Positions 1-14,012 are shown, counted from the first letter of the stretch. The stretch: DNA of 64,000 nt from Octopus vulgaris (GCA_951406725.2 OX597814.1:88288001-88352000), one strand, 5' to 3'. Notes: generated by a model not told the origin, from the sequence alone. Program-made: numbers and translations.

Positions 1-135
1 TTTCCTCCCAAATCTTTCTGTCGAAGAGCGTAGGCTTGAAATGTCAAAGACTTTTCCATTCTTCCCGAGCATCAAACTAATACACCTGCCTGTTCTTCCT
101 TCACCTGTCTTCGTCTTTATTTTTTCTGTAAATTT
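1..135 (+). mobile_element. Penelope-type (pLTR-like) dispersed repeat with minimal hammerhead-like motif
   Basis: 13-50 reads TCTTT-CTGTCGA-A-GAGC-GTAG-GCTT-GAAAT-GTC-AAAGA. The same family occurs reverse-complemented at 3190-3372 and 33065-33272. Confidence 0.5.
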
Positions 136-171
136 GAATTATATATCTATATATTTATGTCTATATCTATC

Positions 172-229
<58 letters not shown>

Positions 230-250
230 CTCTATCTATCTATCTATCTA

Positions 251-1592
251 GGATGCGTCCTGATGGTCAGGCGATCCATTTGCTGTCAACACCCGTTAAA
301 AGGAGGGCTGGGCATGCCGTGGTTGATGATACGCAGACACGCGCTGAGACTGCGACATCTCCGGCTCTATGTAGACGACGGTGAACAGGTGTGGTCGCCG
401 TTTGTGAGGCACGCGTTCCCGCAGCTCGTCTCCATGACCGAACTGCAGTCGTGGATCAAAAAGAGGCCGAGGAAGTGCGAATGGCACCGCGAGTGTCGCG
501 TTGCTCACAAGCAACTCTGCCGTCCCGGGTCGACCTTGAGTGACTTCAACACAACCAAAGCATTCTATAGGGGATTAGTGGAGGGGAGGTACTACGACGA
601 TCTTGGGGCAAACCTGGGCGTCGACGAGGAATACCTGACCCGCCTGTTTGAAACGACTTTCGGCCCGGGACCTATGGACAACTTCCAGAGATCCCTGGCC
701 TGGCGGTGCTACCGAGAAGCGCTACCCATTTGGGAAAAGCTCTATAGGCATGGCTCGAGAAACACGGGGCCGACCTGCCCGAGATGCGGGCAGAGCGACG
801 AAACCGTTCTGCACGCAATCGTGCAGTGTCCAACAATCTCCGACCTGTGGGCTTATGTCGAACGACTGCTGTCACGTGTGGGACGTGTCGGTTTATCAGC
901 CGAGTCTATCGTTAATATCGTCACGCCTCCTTCCTTCAAACGGGAAGGAAGAGCTATTTTTATCATACTTGTGGCTATGGCGAAAGAATGTATCTGGTGG
1001 ACGCGCCTGAAAGGATTAGAGACAAACACTTTCCTCTCTGGCCAATCTCTCATCAACTTCTTCAAGTATCACTTGAAGAGGAAAGTGAGAGTAGAGAGGC
1101 AAGTTTTGTCTAGTGAATGTTTTAAAAAAAGATGGGTGAATGTAGCAAGGATGGCACGTATGAATGACGAAGCCACCTTGACTATGATCCTATGAACCGT
1201 AAAAATTAATACAGAGAGTTGCTTATTTGTAAAAAAATAAAATGTAACATATGACTTCATTGACCGAGGTTACCGTGGTCTTTTCCGTAGGCTTTTCTTT
1301 CCACGGGTAAACCTCACCTGTCCTCCCCTTTACACTTTATATTGACATTTCTGTGATAACGATCCCTATTGATCAATTTTTTTCCTTTCCCTTCCCCCCC
1401 TTTTTAAAATTTTTTATTTTTTATTTTTATTTTTATTTTAATTTTACTCCCCCCTCTTTTTTTGTCCTCTTTCTTTCCTTTTACGATTCCTTTTGATCGA
1501 AAATTAAACCCCCTTTTTTACCCCCAAAAGAAAAGCTCTACCTTGTAATTTGTCCTGTCTGTGTGCAGCCCTGTGTGGCTAATAAAGAAACA
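251..1592 (+). mobile_element. 5'-truncated Tx1/L1-like non-LTR retrotransposon (ORF2 C-terminus plus 3' UTR)
   Basis: The open frame to the stop at 1195 contains a zf-RVT-type motif, CPRCGQSDETVLHAIVQCP. The pyrimidine-rich 3' UTR ends AATAAAGAAACA, and (TATC)n flanks both sides. The N-terminal part of ORF 41..1195 is only microsatellite read-through. Confidence 0.85.
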
Positions 1593-2005
<413 letters not shown>

Positions 2006-2180
2006 AAATGTATATATATATATATTATGTACGTACGTATGTATGTATGCATGTATGTATGTTAGAATTTGTTCATCCTCAAAAATTGGTTGGATATAAC
2101 GCCTACATAGACTACCATCTTCAAGACAGAACTATGTATTTGTTTTTATGCGAACATACATGCATGCATATATACATATA

Positions 2181-2281
<101 letters not shown>

Positions 2282-2414
2282 CATACATATATATGTATAT
2301 ATATATACATACTCACACATATATATACACACACACATGTATGTATGTATGTATGTATGTATGTATGTATGTATGTATGTATGTATGTATGTATGTATGT
2401 ATGTATGTATGTAT

Positions 2415-2990
2415 AAGAGGAAATATAAGAACAAGCAAGTCGATGTACAAAAAATATTAAATGCACTTAATACAGAAATGTACGTATGTATACATATAAA
2501 AAAGTCCGCCTTACACAGAATGGAAATGATATCAGGAATTAAGAGAGTAGGGTAGAAGTTTTACGAGTACAGCAGCTTTTTCTTGGGGTTGTTGGTCCAA
2601 AATAATGCTTGTAACTTGATTCCATCATCGGATACCACCAACCTCCGTCTTCACAGAATGGAGATTAAAGATGGAATGATTCTGTGGAGAACTAAGTGTA
2701 TTAGAAAGAAGCGTTAGGGGTGTTTAGATAGAGAGTAGTGGGAGGAGAAAATAGATTTTGGAGTTAGAGTTAATAATGAGGTGGAAGATGGGAGGAAGGG
2801 GGAAAGGTGGTTTTGGTAGTATGTAGAACATTACCTCTCTGTTATTTTGTATGTAGGTTGTAGAGTTTCCATTATGTGTAAGTCGGACTCTTTTTATATG
2901 TATACATACGTACATTTTTTGTATTAAATGTCTTTAATATTTTTTGCATATCGACTTGCCTACCTTGCTTGTCCTTTCATTTACTCGTCT
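2415..2990. repeat. Diverged ~110-bp inverted repeat (2415-2525 vs 2866-2990) enclosing a degraded Penelope-like fragment
   Basis: ATGTACGTATGTATACATATAAAAAAGTCCGCCTTACACAGAATGGAAA recurs as a reverse complement near 2866-2915. Confidence 0.55.
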
Positions 2991-3056
2991 ACCTGCTCAA
3001 GTTCAAATCTCATGAGCTCTATGAAATGTATTCTATACAGAGAATACCTGTCTCTA

Positions 3057-3146
<90 letters not shown>

Positions 3147-3189
3147 TTATCTATCTATCTATCATCTATCTATCTATCTATCTATCTAG

Positions 3190-3372
3190 GGAGAGTTCAC
3201 GAAAAAATCAAAAGACGAAGACAGGTGGTGTAGAAAACAAACAGATGTATTAGTATAACGCTCAGGAATTGAAAAAGTATTTTACGTTTCGAGCCTACGC
3301 ACTTCTACAGAAAGGGACACAAAAAATACACAAGGAGAGAAACAAAGAGAGAAAAAATGTGTGTAGTGGCTA
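3190..3372 (-). mobile_element. Penelope-type repeat copy with hammerhead-like motif, embedded in (TATC)n
   Basis: Minus strand 3280-3313 reads TTT-CTGTAGA-A-GTGC-GTAG-GCTC-GAAAC-GTA-AAA and is homologous to 1-135. Confidence 0.5.
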
Positions 3373-3443
<71 letters not shown>

Positions 3444-3451
3444 CATATTTA

Positions 3452-6400
3452 TGATGGACTCTCCCGTCGGTTTCGACATATGAGGATCTGACAACCTACA
3501 CTTTCTTTGTCAGTCATAATGCTTATGTCGAATGTGACATTTAAATTCCACCAACGATTTGCAAAGAAGCCCACAGATGTTGCAAGTATGAGCATTACGG
3601 GTCAGTTCAGGTGGTATATTTGCAACCGCTTTTCTCCTTTGCCTTGCACCTCTAGGCCTGTTAATGCTGGTTGCAACAAAATTTGACACAACGATCTCTA
3701 GTTTGTTCACTCCAAGGCTGTTCGCTCAAAGGTGTTGTGAACTATATTGACTGGTCAGAGGTTACTCTTCAGCTTGTCCTTATATCTGAGCCATGGTCAA
3801 CCTACATTCCTGCGCCCACTATCAAGCTAACGGTACATGAGGACTTTGGGTATTCTTTCGTCACTCATTCTAACGATATGGCCAGCCCAGTGCGATTGCG
3901 ACTGCATAAGGAAGCTCTCGATTCCACCAATCTTGCACTTACTAAACAGGTCGGCATTAGAAACTCTATCTGAATAACTGCAGATTGTCTTGAGACAAAC
4001 TTTGTGGAAGATGTCTAGTTGGTTAATGTGCCGTCTTTAGGGTGTCCATGATTCTGAGCCGTACAAGAGAGTAGTATGAATGGCAGCTTTATAGACCTGT
4101 ACTTTGGTGTTAAGTTTAATTCCTCCTTCATTCCATAAGCGATGACGGAATTTGTCAAATGCGTTGGTTGCTTTTGCAAGACAGTTGACGATTTCATCAT
4201 CAAGGGAAGCACTCGAATTCACTTTACTACCAATATATGTAAATGACTTCACATACTTTAGGTTTTTACCATCAACCTGTATAGGAGTGTCAAGGAAATT
4301 GTGAACCGGTGACCTCAGTTGGACACCTCGAATTTGCTTTGGAGTAGGGCAAGGTTAGTGGATTACTTCCATCTTCTTTATACTGATGGTCAAGCCAAAG
4401 GCTTTACATGCAGCAAAAAACCGGTCTAGAAGTTCCTGAGCTCCCTCTGCAAAAAAAGTAAATTACGAATGATCTACAAAAAGCAGATCACGAATGATAC
4501 TGGTGCGTAGCAGTGTTTTGGCTTCGAAACGCTGATGATTGAATAGCTCACCACTTGTTCGCAACTGGAATTTGACTGTAATTTATATGTCACCAAGAGC
4601 ATACCTCAGCATCACTGAAAAGGAAAGTGCAAACAAAACAGGGGCCATAACACAACCTTGCTTTGTGCCGTTTGTAACATCGAATGAAGCTGAAGATTCT
4701 CTGCCGGACACGACAGCAGCCTTCATTCCCTCATGATAACATTCAACATCTTGTCGGGTATACCAAGCTTTTACAGAACTTTCCAAAGTCCTTGTCGGTT
4801 AACAGTGTCGAAGGCCTTAGTAAGGTCAACTACTCTTGATTTTTCTCATGTACTATCTCGATGAACTGACGAAGGGAAAATATCATGTAGGTACTGCCAC
4901 GGTCACAGCGAAATCCGCACTGTGATTCTAGATAGATGTAATTTACGACGTGTTTAATGATCCTGTCAAGAATGAGTCGAGTATGAATCTTACCAGCAAT
5001 AAACAGAAGTGATATACCACGATGATTATCACAGACACTTCTGTTTCCTTTGTTCTTATAAAGATGTTGAATTCAGGCATCATTAAAGTCTTGTGGTACA
5101 CAGCCCACCCTCCAAATATTTATGAAGAGATCATACAATTTTTCGAAAAGCTTCTGTCCACCATGCTTGTAGATTTCAAGCGGGACTGCATCTCTGCCAG
5201 GTGCTTTACCAGAAGAGATCTGTTTAACGGAAGTTACCATTTCCAGGAAGGTTGACGTCAGAGACAATTCTGGTATTTCGGCGTGCTGTGGAATAGACAT
5301 TAAGACGCCATCATTAGTGACTGAGGTGGAGTTCAACACGGCTTCTAAGTGGTCTTTCTATTGTTTCAGGATGTCAGATTTGTCAGTTAACAGTGTCTCT
5401 GTATTGTATGAAAAAACAGGAATAACGTTGTGCTCTTGAGAACCATACACATTCTTGAGGCCATCATAGAAGGCTTTAGAATCCTTTCTGTCTGCAGCTT
5501 CTTGGAGCTCAGTAACCTTGGAAGACAACCAAGCCTTCTTCATCTGTCTCAGAGCGCATTGGACCTGGCCTCTGCATTTCTCGTGTTTTATGAGAGCTGT
5601 GCATTTTATCTATCAACTGTTGGATATCTATGCTGTTATCATTGAACCAATCTTGATGTTTACGAACAGGAAGACCGAGAACCTCTACGGATGCAGAGCG
5701 CGTGTACCGCGCGAAGCCTTTAAAGATGATTCAGTGTCATCAAAGATATCAACAGTGTTGAGTGCAGTGTCCAGTTTGATAGAAAGCTCAGCCTGCTTTT
5801 CAGCGGTTTTCGAAGGCAAAACATTAATGCCATTAGGCACTGATGACTTTCATAGTTTTGTGTGTTTCAGATAAAGCGTAGCCTTACTTCGAAGAGTAGA
5901 ATGGTCAGAGAGATAGCATAGAGAACGTTAAAGTCCCTAATATCTCACTTCTTAGTGATAACATAGTCTATGAGATGCCAATCCTTAGATCTAAGGTGCA
6001 TCCAGGTCATCTTGCAACAATTTGACTATTGAAAAGAGGTATTTGGGATGCTTAGACTGAATTCCCTGCAGATGGGGAGTACATGCAGACTGCTAGAGTT
6101 CATTCGACCTACACCATGGTGACCAAGTACACCATTCCACGTCTGAAATCAGTACCACCACGAGCGTTAAAGTCGCTCATAAGAATAAGTTTATCTCTAT
6201 GGGGACAACTGAAGTCAACATCGTGGAGTTGGCTGTAAATGTCATACTTTTCCTGCTCAGTGCTGACCATGGTTGGAGCATAGCAACTGACAAGCGTAGC
6301 ATAAGTGTTATGATTAAGTTCCAACTTTAGTGTCATGATGTGACCAGAAATATCTTTAGATGGAGAAAGAAGGGACCTAGTTGTTTCTGCCTTGATGGCG

Positions 6401-7440
6401 AAACCAATACCAGAATGGCGCAGCTTTCTTCTTTTACTTTTTTCTAACTGTGATGATCCTGCAAGACTAGTTTCACTGAGTGCAGCTATGTCAATGTTGT
6501 ATTTCTTTAGTTCAAGGGCAATCAGTGCTGCTTTTCGTTCTGGTACTGAATGATTGTCTTGGAGAGTGCGCACAAACCAGGAACCAAGGTTAATATTCTT
6601 AGATTTTTTCATGTTTCGACTGCGTTACTGAATAACCAGACAACTGCAGCGGGCTGCTAAGTTTAAGGTGAGTAAGCAATGTTTAGGGATCCTTTTCTCA
6701 CCCGTCCCCCTGCTGAGGAAAGCAGTGCTATGTATAAATAAACATGCTTTGTCACCACTGGAGGACACGGACAACACAGTTACTCACAAGTTCTGTGCTA
6801 GGAGGACCATCACCCAATGGTCGCCGACTGTGTAGAAATCTAGCAAGAGACTTCCAGTAATATCCTTTACCTGTCCCAGCCGCTTTCACTCTCTCGCTAG
6901 AGGACATTTTGCCTTTGCGAGTTGGAAGTGTGCGGTACTGAATGAATAAATGTAAATCATCAGAAAACCCATACATGTGATTTAATGGTTGAAGGCTTGA
7001 GTAGAACCAGCCACACATGTTGGAAGTGATGACAGCAAGAATATGGGGCATGTATGTGCCACAATACCAAGAGCGACATACCTCAGGTCTTTTCTTCAGA
7101 GGTCTCCATCTCCTAGACAAGCCGTCACTAGCGTAACTGGGGCGATAGAGGCGGTCCGCTCCGATCGGCACTTTTGGGTCTGCTGTAGGCAATATGTGTT
7201 TTTTGTGGGGTCCAGGGGCAGCAAACGGAAGGTCCGCCCCGGGTGACACACACTCTAGCTACGCTAGTGCAAGCTGCTATAAACAACCTGGAGAGCCTAG
7301 TCTACCCTATGAGTTAGAGTTTGTTGATAGTACAGTCCTGTTAAAGACATCGTCAGCAATCAAAGACCTGGATTTATATCAAAGTTCTCCTCTCCCAGAC
7401 GGGATGCCTTCACCACGGCTAAGGAGCCACATTTGCCCCC
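3452..7440 (-). mobile_element. Near full-length degenerate RTE-clade LINE
   Basis: APE endonuclease (NLGSWFVRTL...IDIAALSET...SCYAPT...LILMSDFNAR, 6109-6612), RT pieces (KAPGRDAVPLEIYK, TNGTKQGCVMAPVLF, FTYIGS, LLYGSESW) and a C-terminal C2H2-like HTCNICGLLCKS...H. Many stops and frameshifts. Confidence 0.9.
7126..7269. mobile_element. hAT-like MITE nested in the RTE 5' region
   Basis: TIRs CACTAGCGTAACTGG / CTAGCTACGCTAGTG, with a degenerate 8-bp TSD CAAGCCGT / CAAGCTGC. Related partial copy at ~34230-34308. Confidence 0.6.
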
Positions 7441-7853
7441 TAATATATGAAATTAAATACATAAACAGTAAAAACTTTGAAATATAAATAAAATAAGATG
7501 TACAAATATATTAAATAAAATAATATAATATAAAATACAAATAAAATAACATAAAACGAGTATATACATATAACATAATGCTGGATAGCCGTTGACTACT
7601 CATGAGTTCCTCCACCCTTCCAAGGGCTTTACTTTTCGTCCCGCAGTGTCCAAAAATCACCTTCCTCACCAAACAAGTTCAGTGGGGTTGCCAGTTTAGT
7701 CGCCGACAACCCGACCATGCAATAGGCTGTACTGGCTTACATGTTACCAGTAGGGCTCAAGAGCGACCTGACATATATATATATATGTGTGTGAGAGAGA
7801 TTTTGTGGGTACATATATATACACAAGCATACACATACGTAATTATATATATC

Positions 7854-7894
<41 letters not shown>

Positions 7895-8539
7895 ACATAC
7901 TCATACACAGATGTCTGTGTATGTCTGACATATGAATAAGAATTTACGTAAAAATGATTTTACATAATCATTACGTAATAGTCACCGAAACACGTTAAAA
8001 GATATTATATGTAAGTTACCCCCTTGTCATAAATTATTTGGCGATTCTTTATAAATATTATTGCATACAGATCTGGATTGTTTGAGTAGTAATTCGAATT
8101 TTTTTCTCACGCATCTATTTTGGAGTATAACGGAACTTGTATGTATGTATGAATGTATATGTGCGCGTGCGTGCGTGTGCGTGTCTGTATACGTGCGCGC
8201 GTGTGTGCGTGTTATTATCCAGTTTTATTTCAAGATTTCTTGTCAATTGAGAAAGAACTGGTTTCTAACCTAAAACCAAGGCTCCTTCATTGGAATTTCA
8301 ACAACAGAGTATTTATGTATGTATGTGCGTATGTGTGCAGTATTTGGAGTCAGTTTATGTGCAGATGTCTACATGTATGTATTCTCATGCATATTGTTGC
8401 ATGTCTAGATGTGCGTATATGTACTTAAATGCTAAACTTCTTGAAAATGTTACAAAGTTTTACAGTTCCATTGATGGCTCGAATTTGTTATTCTTTTCTG
8501 GTTTTGAGAAACCTAATTTCTCGAGGTAAGTACTTAGAC

Positions 8540-10045
8540 AGTTTGTTATATATCTTAGTACTCCCAAAGTTACAGGTATAAACCTGAACTTGTAATCCGA
8601 GTTGAACAGCCGTAAATTTCTCAATAGTTGAGAGCTGGAGTTTTCTTTTTCGCTGATCTTTAGTGCTATGTTGACATCCGCTGGGCAACTGATTTTCTAC
8701 TACTGTACATAGTTTCTCTTCGCTGTCCCAAATCACTGTCTTGTCTGTTATGTTTACACTTTAGAGAGGTTTTCACTGGGACATTCCCCAAGTATTCTTT
8801 CATATTATGAGCGGCTATGGCCTCTGCAATTCTATGGTTTCTTGTCTTTTTAGCCTCAGTATTACCCCTCCGACGGATCTCATTATACAGTATCTTGGCT
8901 ACATCATGTTTCATCAGCATAAAATACTGCGATGGCACTTTTGGATGACAGCTTATGATGAAGATGATATATTCAGTATTAACTGTACAATGTCTGCATT
9001 GGTTATCACATTTTGGTATTTTTCCTGCGTTTCTGTTCCCTTTGTGCATCAGGTATGTGGTTGTTATTTCCTATTCCTGGATTGCAAACGCATACCCTTC
9101 AAAATGAGAGTTGGGAATCATGTTGTTGGTTCATTATAGACGGTTGTGATTATCAATGTTACTATCGATGTGGAGCTCTCTGCTAACAGATCCATGCATA
9201 GTCTTCTGCTGATATACACTCATCCTTTCATCAGATGACACATTACTTTAGAGTCCTACAGTTTCTTTGGGCTTGTATTCAATGTTACTCGAGGAGCTTC
9301 TTTCGAGTCTCATAATGTTATCTGCCTCGTGTATGCAAACTTGGTCACGGGGTGCACTTCAGCATTGAAAGATGTTGCTGAAGGAATATGATATGACATT
9401 GAAAGCAGTCTGGATCGTTGTTAAGGCTCTACCTCCTTGTTGTTTTCGTTTTAGGTAGAGGTGGTCTACGTTGCTTTTAATGTGAATATCATTTGTGCTC
9501 GTCAGTATCTTCAGGGTTTTCATATCAATGGCTTAAATCTCAACAAGCGACCAGTCAAGTAGCCCAAATGGTAGCTGGTATGAGCACTGATAGTAAATGC
9601 AGGTCCAAATTTTTTCCTTATCGGGCTGTAATATTCTTTAGTGACATGCACCTTGTTACAGGTACCATCATGAGATATGTTTTCATCTATCTCAGGTACC
9701 TGTAATATTCCTCATAAGATACAAGAAAAGCAGTTAAGTCATTGATAGAAATGCTGATAATCTAGTTTACAGCTTTCCCTCTTTTCACAACCAGATAGCA
9801 ACATTTATCCTAACCAAGCGCCATCCCTATATTCTTAGAGAATATTGTTACCAGGTCAAAGCTCTTTTTCATTTCATGCGTACTCTTGGCATACAATATC
9901 AAGTCATCCATCCACAAAGAAGCAGTATGTAATTTTAATATTTCTGCCTCCTTGTGAATCAATGAAATACTCTTCAGACTTCCTCAGCATAAATTACAAA
10001 GAATTTACTGAAAGTATGTACTGCATTACAGAAGGGCTGTCTCCT
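8540..10045 (-). mobile_element. Degenerate R4/Dong-like non-LTR retrotransposon (RT + CCHC + restriction-like endonuclease)
   Basis: LGDSPSVMQYILSVNSL (QGD box), a CFFVD-like YADD box, CRHCTVNTE...IISC...HD.VAKILYNEI and KHNRQD (RLE 'PD' region). Confidence 0.75.
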
Positions 10046-10791
10046 AAAACGAAGGACCATTGACAAGGAGGGGAGACGAGAAAGGTGGAGTAGCTGGAAT
10101 GAGACCAGAGCAGTGGAAGAAAATAGAGCTGGTAGGAGAGATCATGTTGCGGGCTTATGTGCGTTATGGCACGGAGAGAACAAACTAAACTAACCAACTC
10201 CGGCTGTCAAGAGGAGATAGGGTAGAAGTACAAGCGTACACGCACACACTTCTTTCGGTTTCCGTCTACCATATCCACTCACAAGGATTTCGCAGATTCG
10301 AGGCTACAGTAGAAACACATGCCCAAAGGTGCCACTCAGTGGACTAAACCTGAAACAATGTAGTTGGAAAACAAACTTCTTATCACACAGCCACGCTCTG
10401 CAGCAAACACTGTTTGTAATAATTGCTTCTAATATAAGCACAAAGCCCGAAAAATCGTAGGACGGATTCAATGGATCTGCGTGTTATATTATATACAAAA
10501 CACTAAATTTTGACAGAAGCTGAAACAATGATTACTGTAAGGGAAATAACTCTTAATAAAGTAATTCTTTGACTTTACTTTTACTTTAATTCTAACATAA
10601 TTTACATGGCCGCCTCAAGCTTGTGGGAAATTTTTTATAGATGTATCGATCCTTATTGTATCGACCCTAGAAAGAAGAAAGGTAATAACTGACCCCTTAC
10701 AGGATCTGAATTCAAAGCATTAATAGTTGTAACTAAACACCGATGCTATGACGATTCAGTCAGTCTGCTCCTTTGTGTGTGTGTGTGTGTG

Positions 10792-10848
<57 letters not shown>

Positions 10849-11599
10849 GTGTGTGCGTGTGTGTGTGCGTGCGTGCATAAATATAGATTTGTAATGTAGG
10901 TAAATCCAAGGCGTTTGGAGGTAAGCGTAGTCAATCATCCTTGAAAATCAAATGACAGTTGATTTCAGCTGGATTTGAATTCAAAAGGTAGAGAAGGAGT
11001 AAGTTTAAAAGATTCATAAGCTGCAATGAATTTAGTCGAATGTTCTAATTATGTCTTATCTATCGACAGTCTTTATTATGTAAAAAAGAAACATTTTCCC
11101 TTTCGATGAAGAGAAAAAATTCACCATAGAGAAACTGAAATACGATATTTTCGCAGAGGATTTAATAAAATAAAGGGGAAGAACTAATAATTATAAAGAC
11201 TTGAAATTGCACCCCGGGTTTTGTTTGCTGGGAGCATACTTAATCTTAAATATTTGTATTGCGTCCAAATGTGGATTAAAAATGATATAAAATAAACCAC
11301 GCAATTTATTTTCGCAATCGCAACATATTTCAAGGGAGGTAACTTGCTCTGCTCTATGCTTTTTTTTTTTCTATTAATTGTTTATTGCAAAGATTTTGTG
11401 AAACTCATTGGTTACGGGTTTCCGTTGGTGCAATAATTGCTTCCTTACAAATCAGGTAACAAAATCATAAAGATAACATTTGGGCAACCCGTGGGGAATA
11501 GATATCGCTAAGTATTTTTGTCTTTCACCGATTTACATCAGCAACAAATACGCATATAAACGCGCAGGCGTGTTTCCTTTTTTTTTTTTAGTTAAAAGA

Positions 11600-13500
11600 A
11601 TGGCAATACTACAGTAGGGTACTGCCTGTTCGAGACAAGCCTTTCAGGCATGGAAGCGCCAACAGCCGAATCTGCTCTCCAGGGGACGAAACCGCCCTGC
11701 ATGCAATCATTCAGAGTCTGTGCATTTAGAGAGTTGTAGGCTGGTGTGGAGCAGCTGCTGTCTCGTGTGAGTCAAATCCAGCTGCCTGTCAGTGTATTGT
11801 GAAGATCGACGCATCATCTTCCTTTGGCAGAGAAAGAAGGCAGATTTTTCTCTGCTTAGTGGTTGTGGCAAATGAGGCTGTGGCAAATATGTTGTGGCAA
11901 ATGAGGCACTGAGCGCTGCGAAAGGCAGATAACTTCAGGATACCCTTGTCGGCTGCACGAGATGCAAGTCACCCGGTTTGGATGGTCTGCCCTACGAGCT
12001 TTACGTAAATATGCCGGACTTGTTCTCCGATCTCTTCGAAGCAGAACGGGAATATTTCCAGTTCTGCGAGCCGAGGCGTAATGACGTTGATAAGGAAAGA
12101 TAGAAACAAGAGGGACACATTAGATAACTTCAGGCCCATAACTCTGCCCAACACAAAGTTTAAGATTTCGGCCAAGGTGTTAGCGAAGAGGTTGGTTCTT
12201 GTTGTAGGGGACTTGGTTGGAGAGGCGCAAACCTGCGCAATCCCGACCAATCCCGCATACGCGACAACCTCTACCTCATGCGATACATCATAGAAGGAGT
12301 AGGGTGTAAACCTGGCTTCGGTGGGGATCTGATCAATTTAGATCAATTGAAAGCATTCGATAGGGTCCACAATCGGTACCTGGAGGCTGTCCTCAAGGCA
12401 CGGGCTTCGACTCCGTCTTTTGAAGCTGGATCGCTGCAGTGCACAGCAGCATCTGCTCGGTGGTCAAAGTTAATGGTCACATCTCGTAATCGTTTCAGGT
12501 CTCCCGATCGGTCAGTCTCTCCTCCCTCTGTATGTATTGACTCTTGAGTCTTTACTACGGAAGCTAGGGCTGCTGCAGGGCATCCCACTCGAACCAGAAC
12601 GCAGGAGGGCTGTGTCGGCTTATGCGGACATCACCGTGATGATGTCGGACACCTCAGGAATCGAGGTGGTCGGCACACCATTGGAGGAATATGAAAAGTT
12701 GACGGGAGCGAAACTTAACCTGGAAAAGTCGGTGGGCTTGCGGCTCGGCACCTGGAGAGGCAAGTCCATGCCGTCCAACAGCAACGTTGGACGCTGGACA
12801 GACGGACCGGTAAAGTTGCTTGGGTTTTGGTTTCTCCAGCTCGTCTCCTTCACTAAACTGCATTCTTGGGTCAAGAAGATACCCAGACAGGGTGACTGGC
12901 ATCTGGAATGTTGCCAGGCACTCACTGCCCTCTACCAGTGAGCAATGCGGTTAGTGGAATATCCACTCTCGAGTTCTATGGAGGGTTAGTAGTAGGAAAA
13001 TGCGATGACGCACTCGAAGAGGCTCTGGTGTCGACGAAGTCGAACTGACCAGTCTGTTCCGGAGGAGTTTCGTGCCGGGAACGATGGGTAACTTCCAGAA
13101 ATCCCTCGCTTGGCAGTGCTACCGGGGAGCACTGCCTGTTCGAGATAAACTCTACAGGCACGAGATGTGTGCAGAGCGACGAAAACGTTCTGCACATACT
13201 CATCCAGTGTCCGTGCATTACTAACTTGTGGAGTTATGTCGAACAGCTGTTGTCGTGTGTAGGACGGATTCGGCTATCGGCCGAGTCAATAGTGAAGATA
13301 GATCTGCTGCCTTCTTTTGGCCAGGAAGAGCAGGCAATTTTCCTCTGTCTGGTGGCAGTAGCGAAAGAGGTTGTATGGTTGACCAGCTTGAAAGGACTGA
13401 AGACAGACACTTTTCTCTTGGGCCAATCTCTCATCAACTTTTTCAAATTTCACCTGGAAAGGTGGGTGGATGTAGCGAAAATGGTCAGTGTGAGTTGATA
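11600..13500 (+). mobile_element. Degenerate Tx1/L1-like LINE fragments, same family as 251-1592
   Basis: RT motifs LDNFRPITLPNTKFKISAKVLAKRL, NLDQLKAFDRV and SAYADIT. The C-terminus SDENVLHILIQCP...GLKTDTFLLGQSLINFFKFHL matches the first copy. An extra 3' fragment sits upstream at ~11600-11900. Confidence 0.85.
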
Positions 13501-13534
13501 ACACTTCTAATCATTTAAGATTTATTATCATTAT

Positions 13535-13989
13535 TGAGTGAGAGAGCAGTTCATGCCATCAAAGTGACACTGGGGTAAAATATACGAAGCCCAATATACC
13601 CATCATGACTACCCGTCTGATAAGGGTACACCAGGCACATGCATCACAACCATATGTGCGCGACATGGTGATCTCATATCAAGATAAACAGCACATGACC
13701 TTGCAGGTGGGGCCCAGTTAGAATTTTCTTCAGGTTGAATAAGGGTTGTTTAAGGATGTTGAAAAAACCACCCATGTTTCCAGAGGTGAATTATTCAAAC
13801 CCCAAAGAATCCCTCTCAACAAATGGCTATGATGCTCCCCCACTACTTCTGCTCGTGATCAGAGATGCACATATCGTCAGCCACTAAGGGACATGCTCAA
13901 CTGGTTAAGGTCAAACAACTGACAAGCAAATCTGTGGTATTGAGCAGAATATTTGCTGTAGCCCATCTTTTATACCAAGACAAAACAAT
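13535..13989. repeat. Dispersed repeat, probably a LINE 3'-derived segment
   Basis: The internal block GCTATGATGCTCCC...GAGCAGAATATTTGCT recurs at ~19773-19908 and inverted at ~31190-31330. Confidence 0.5.
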
Positions 13990-14012
13990 TTATTATTATT
14001 ATTATTATTATT

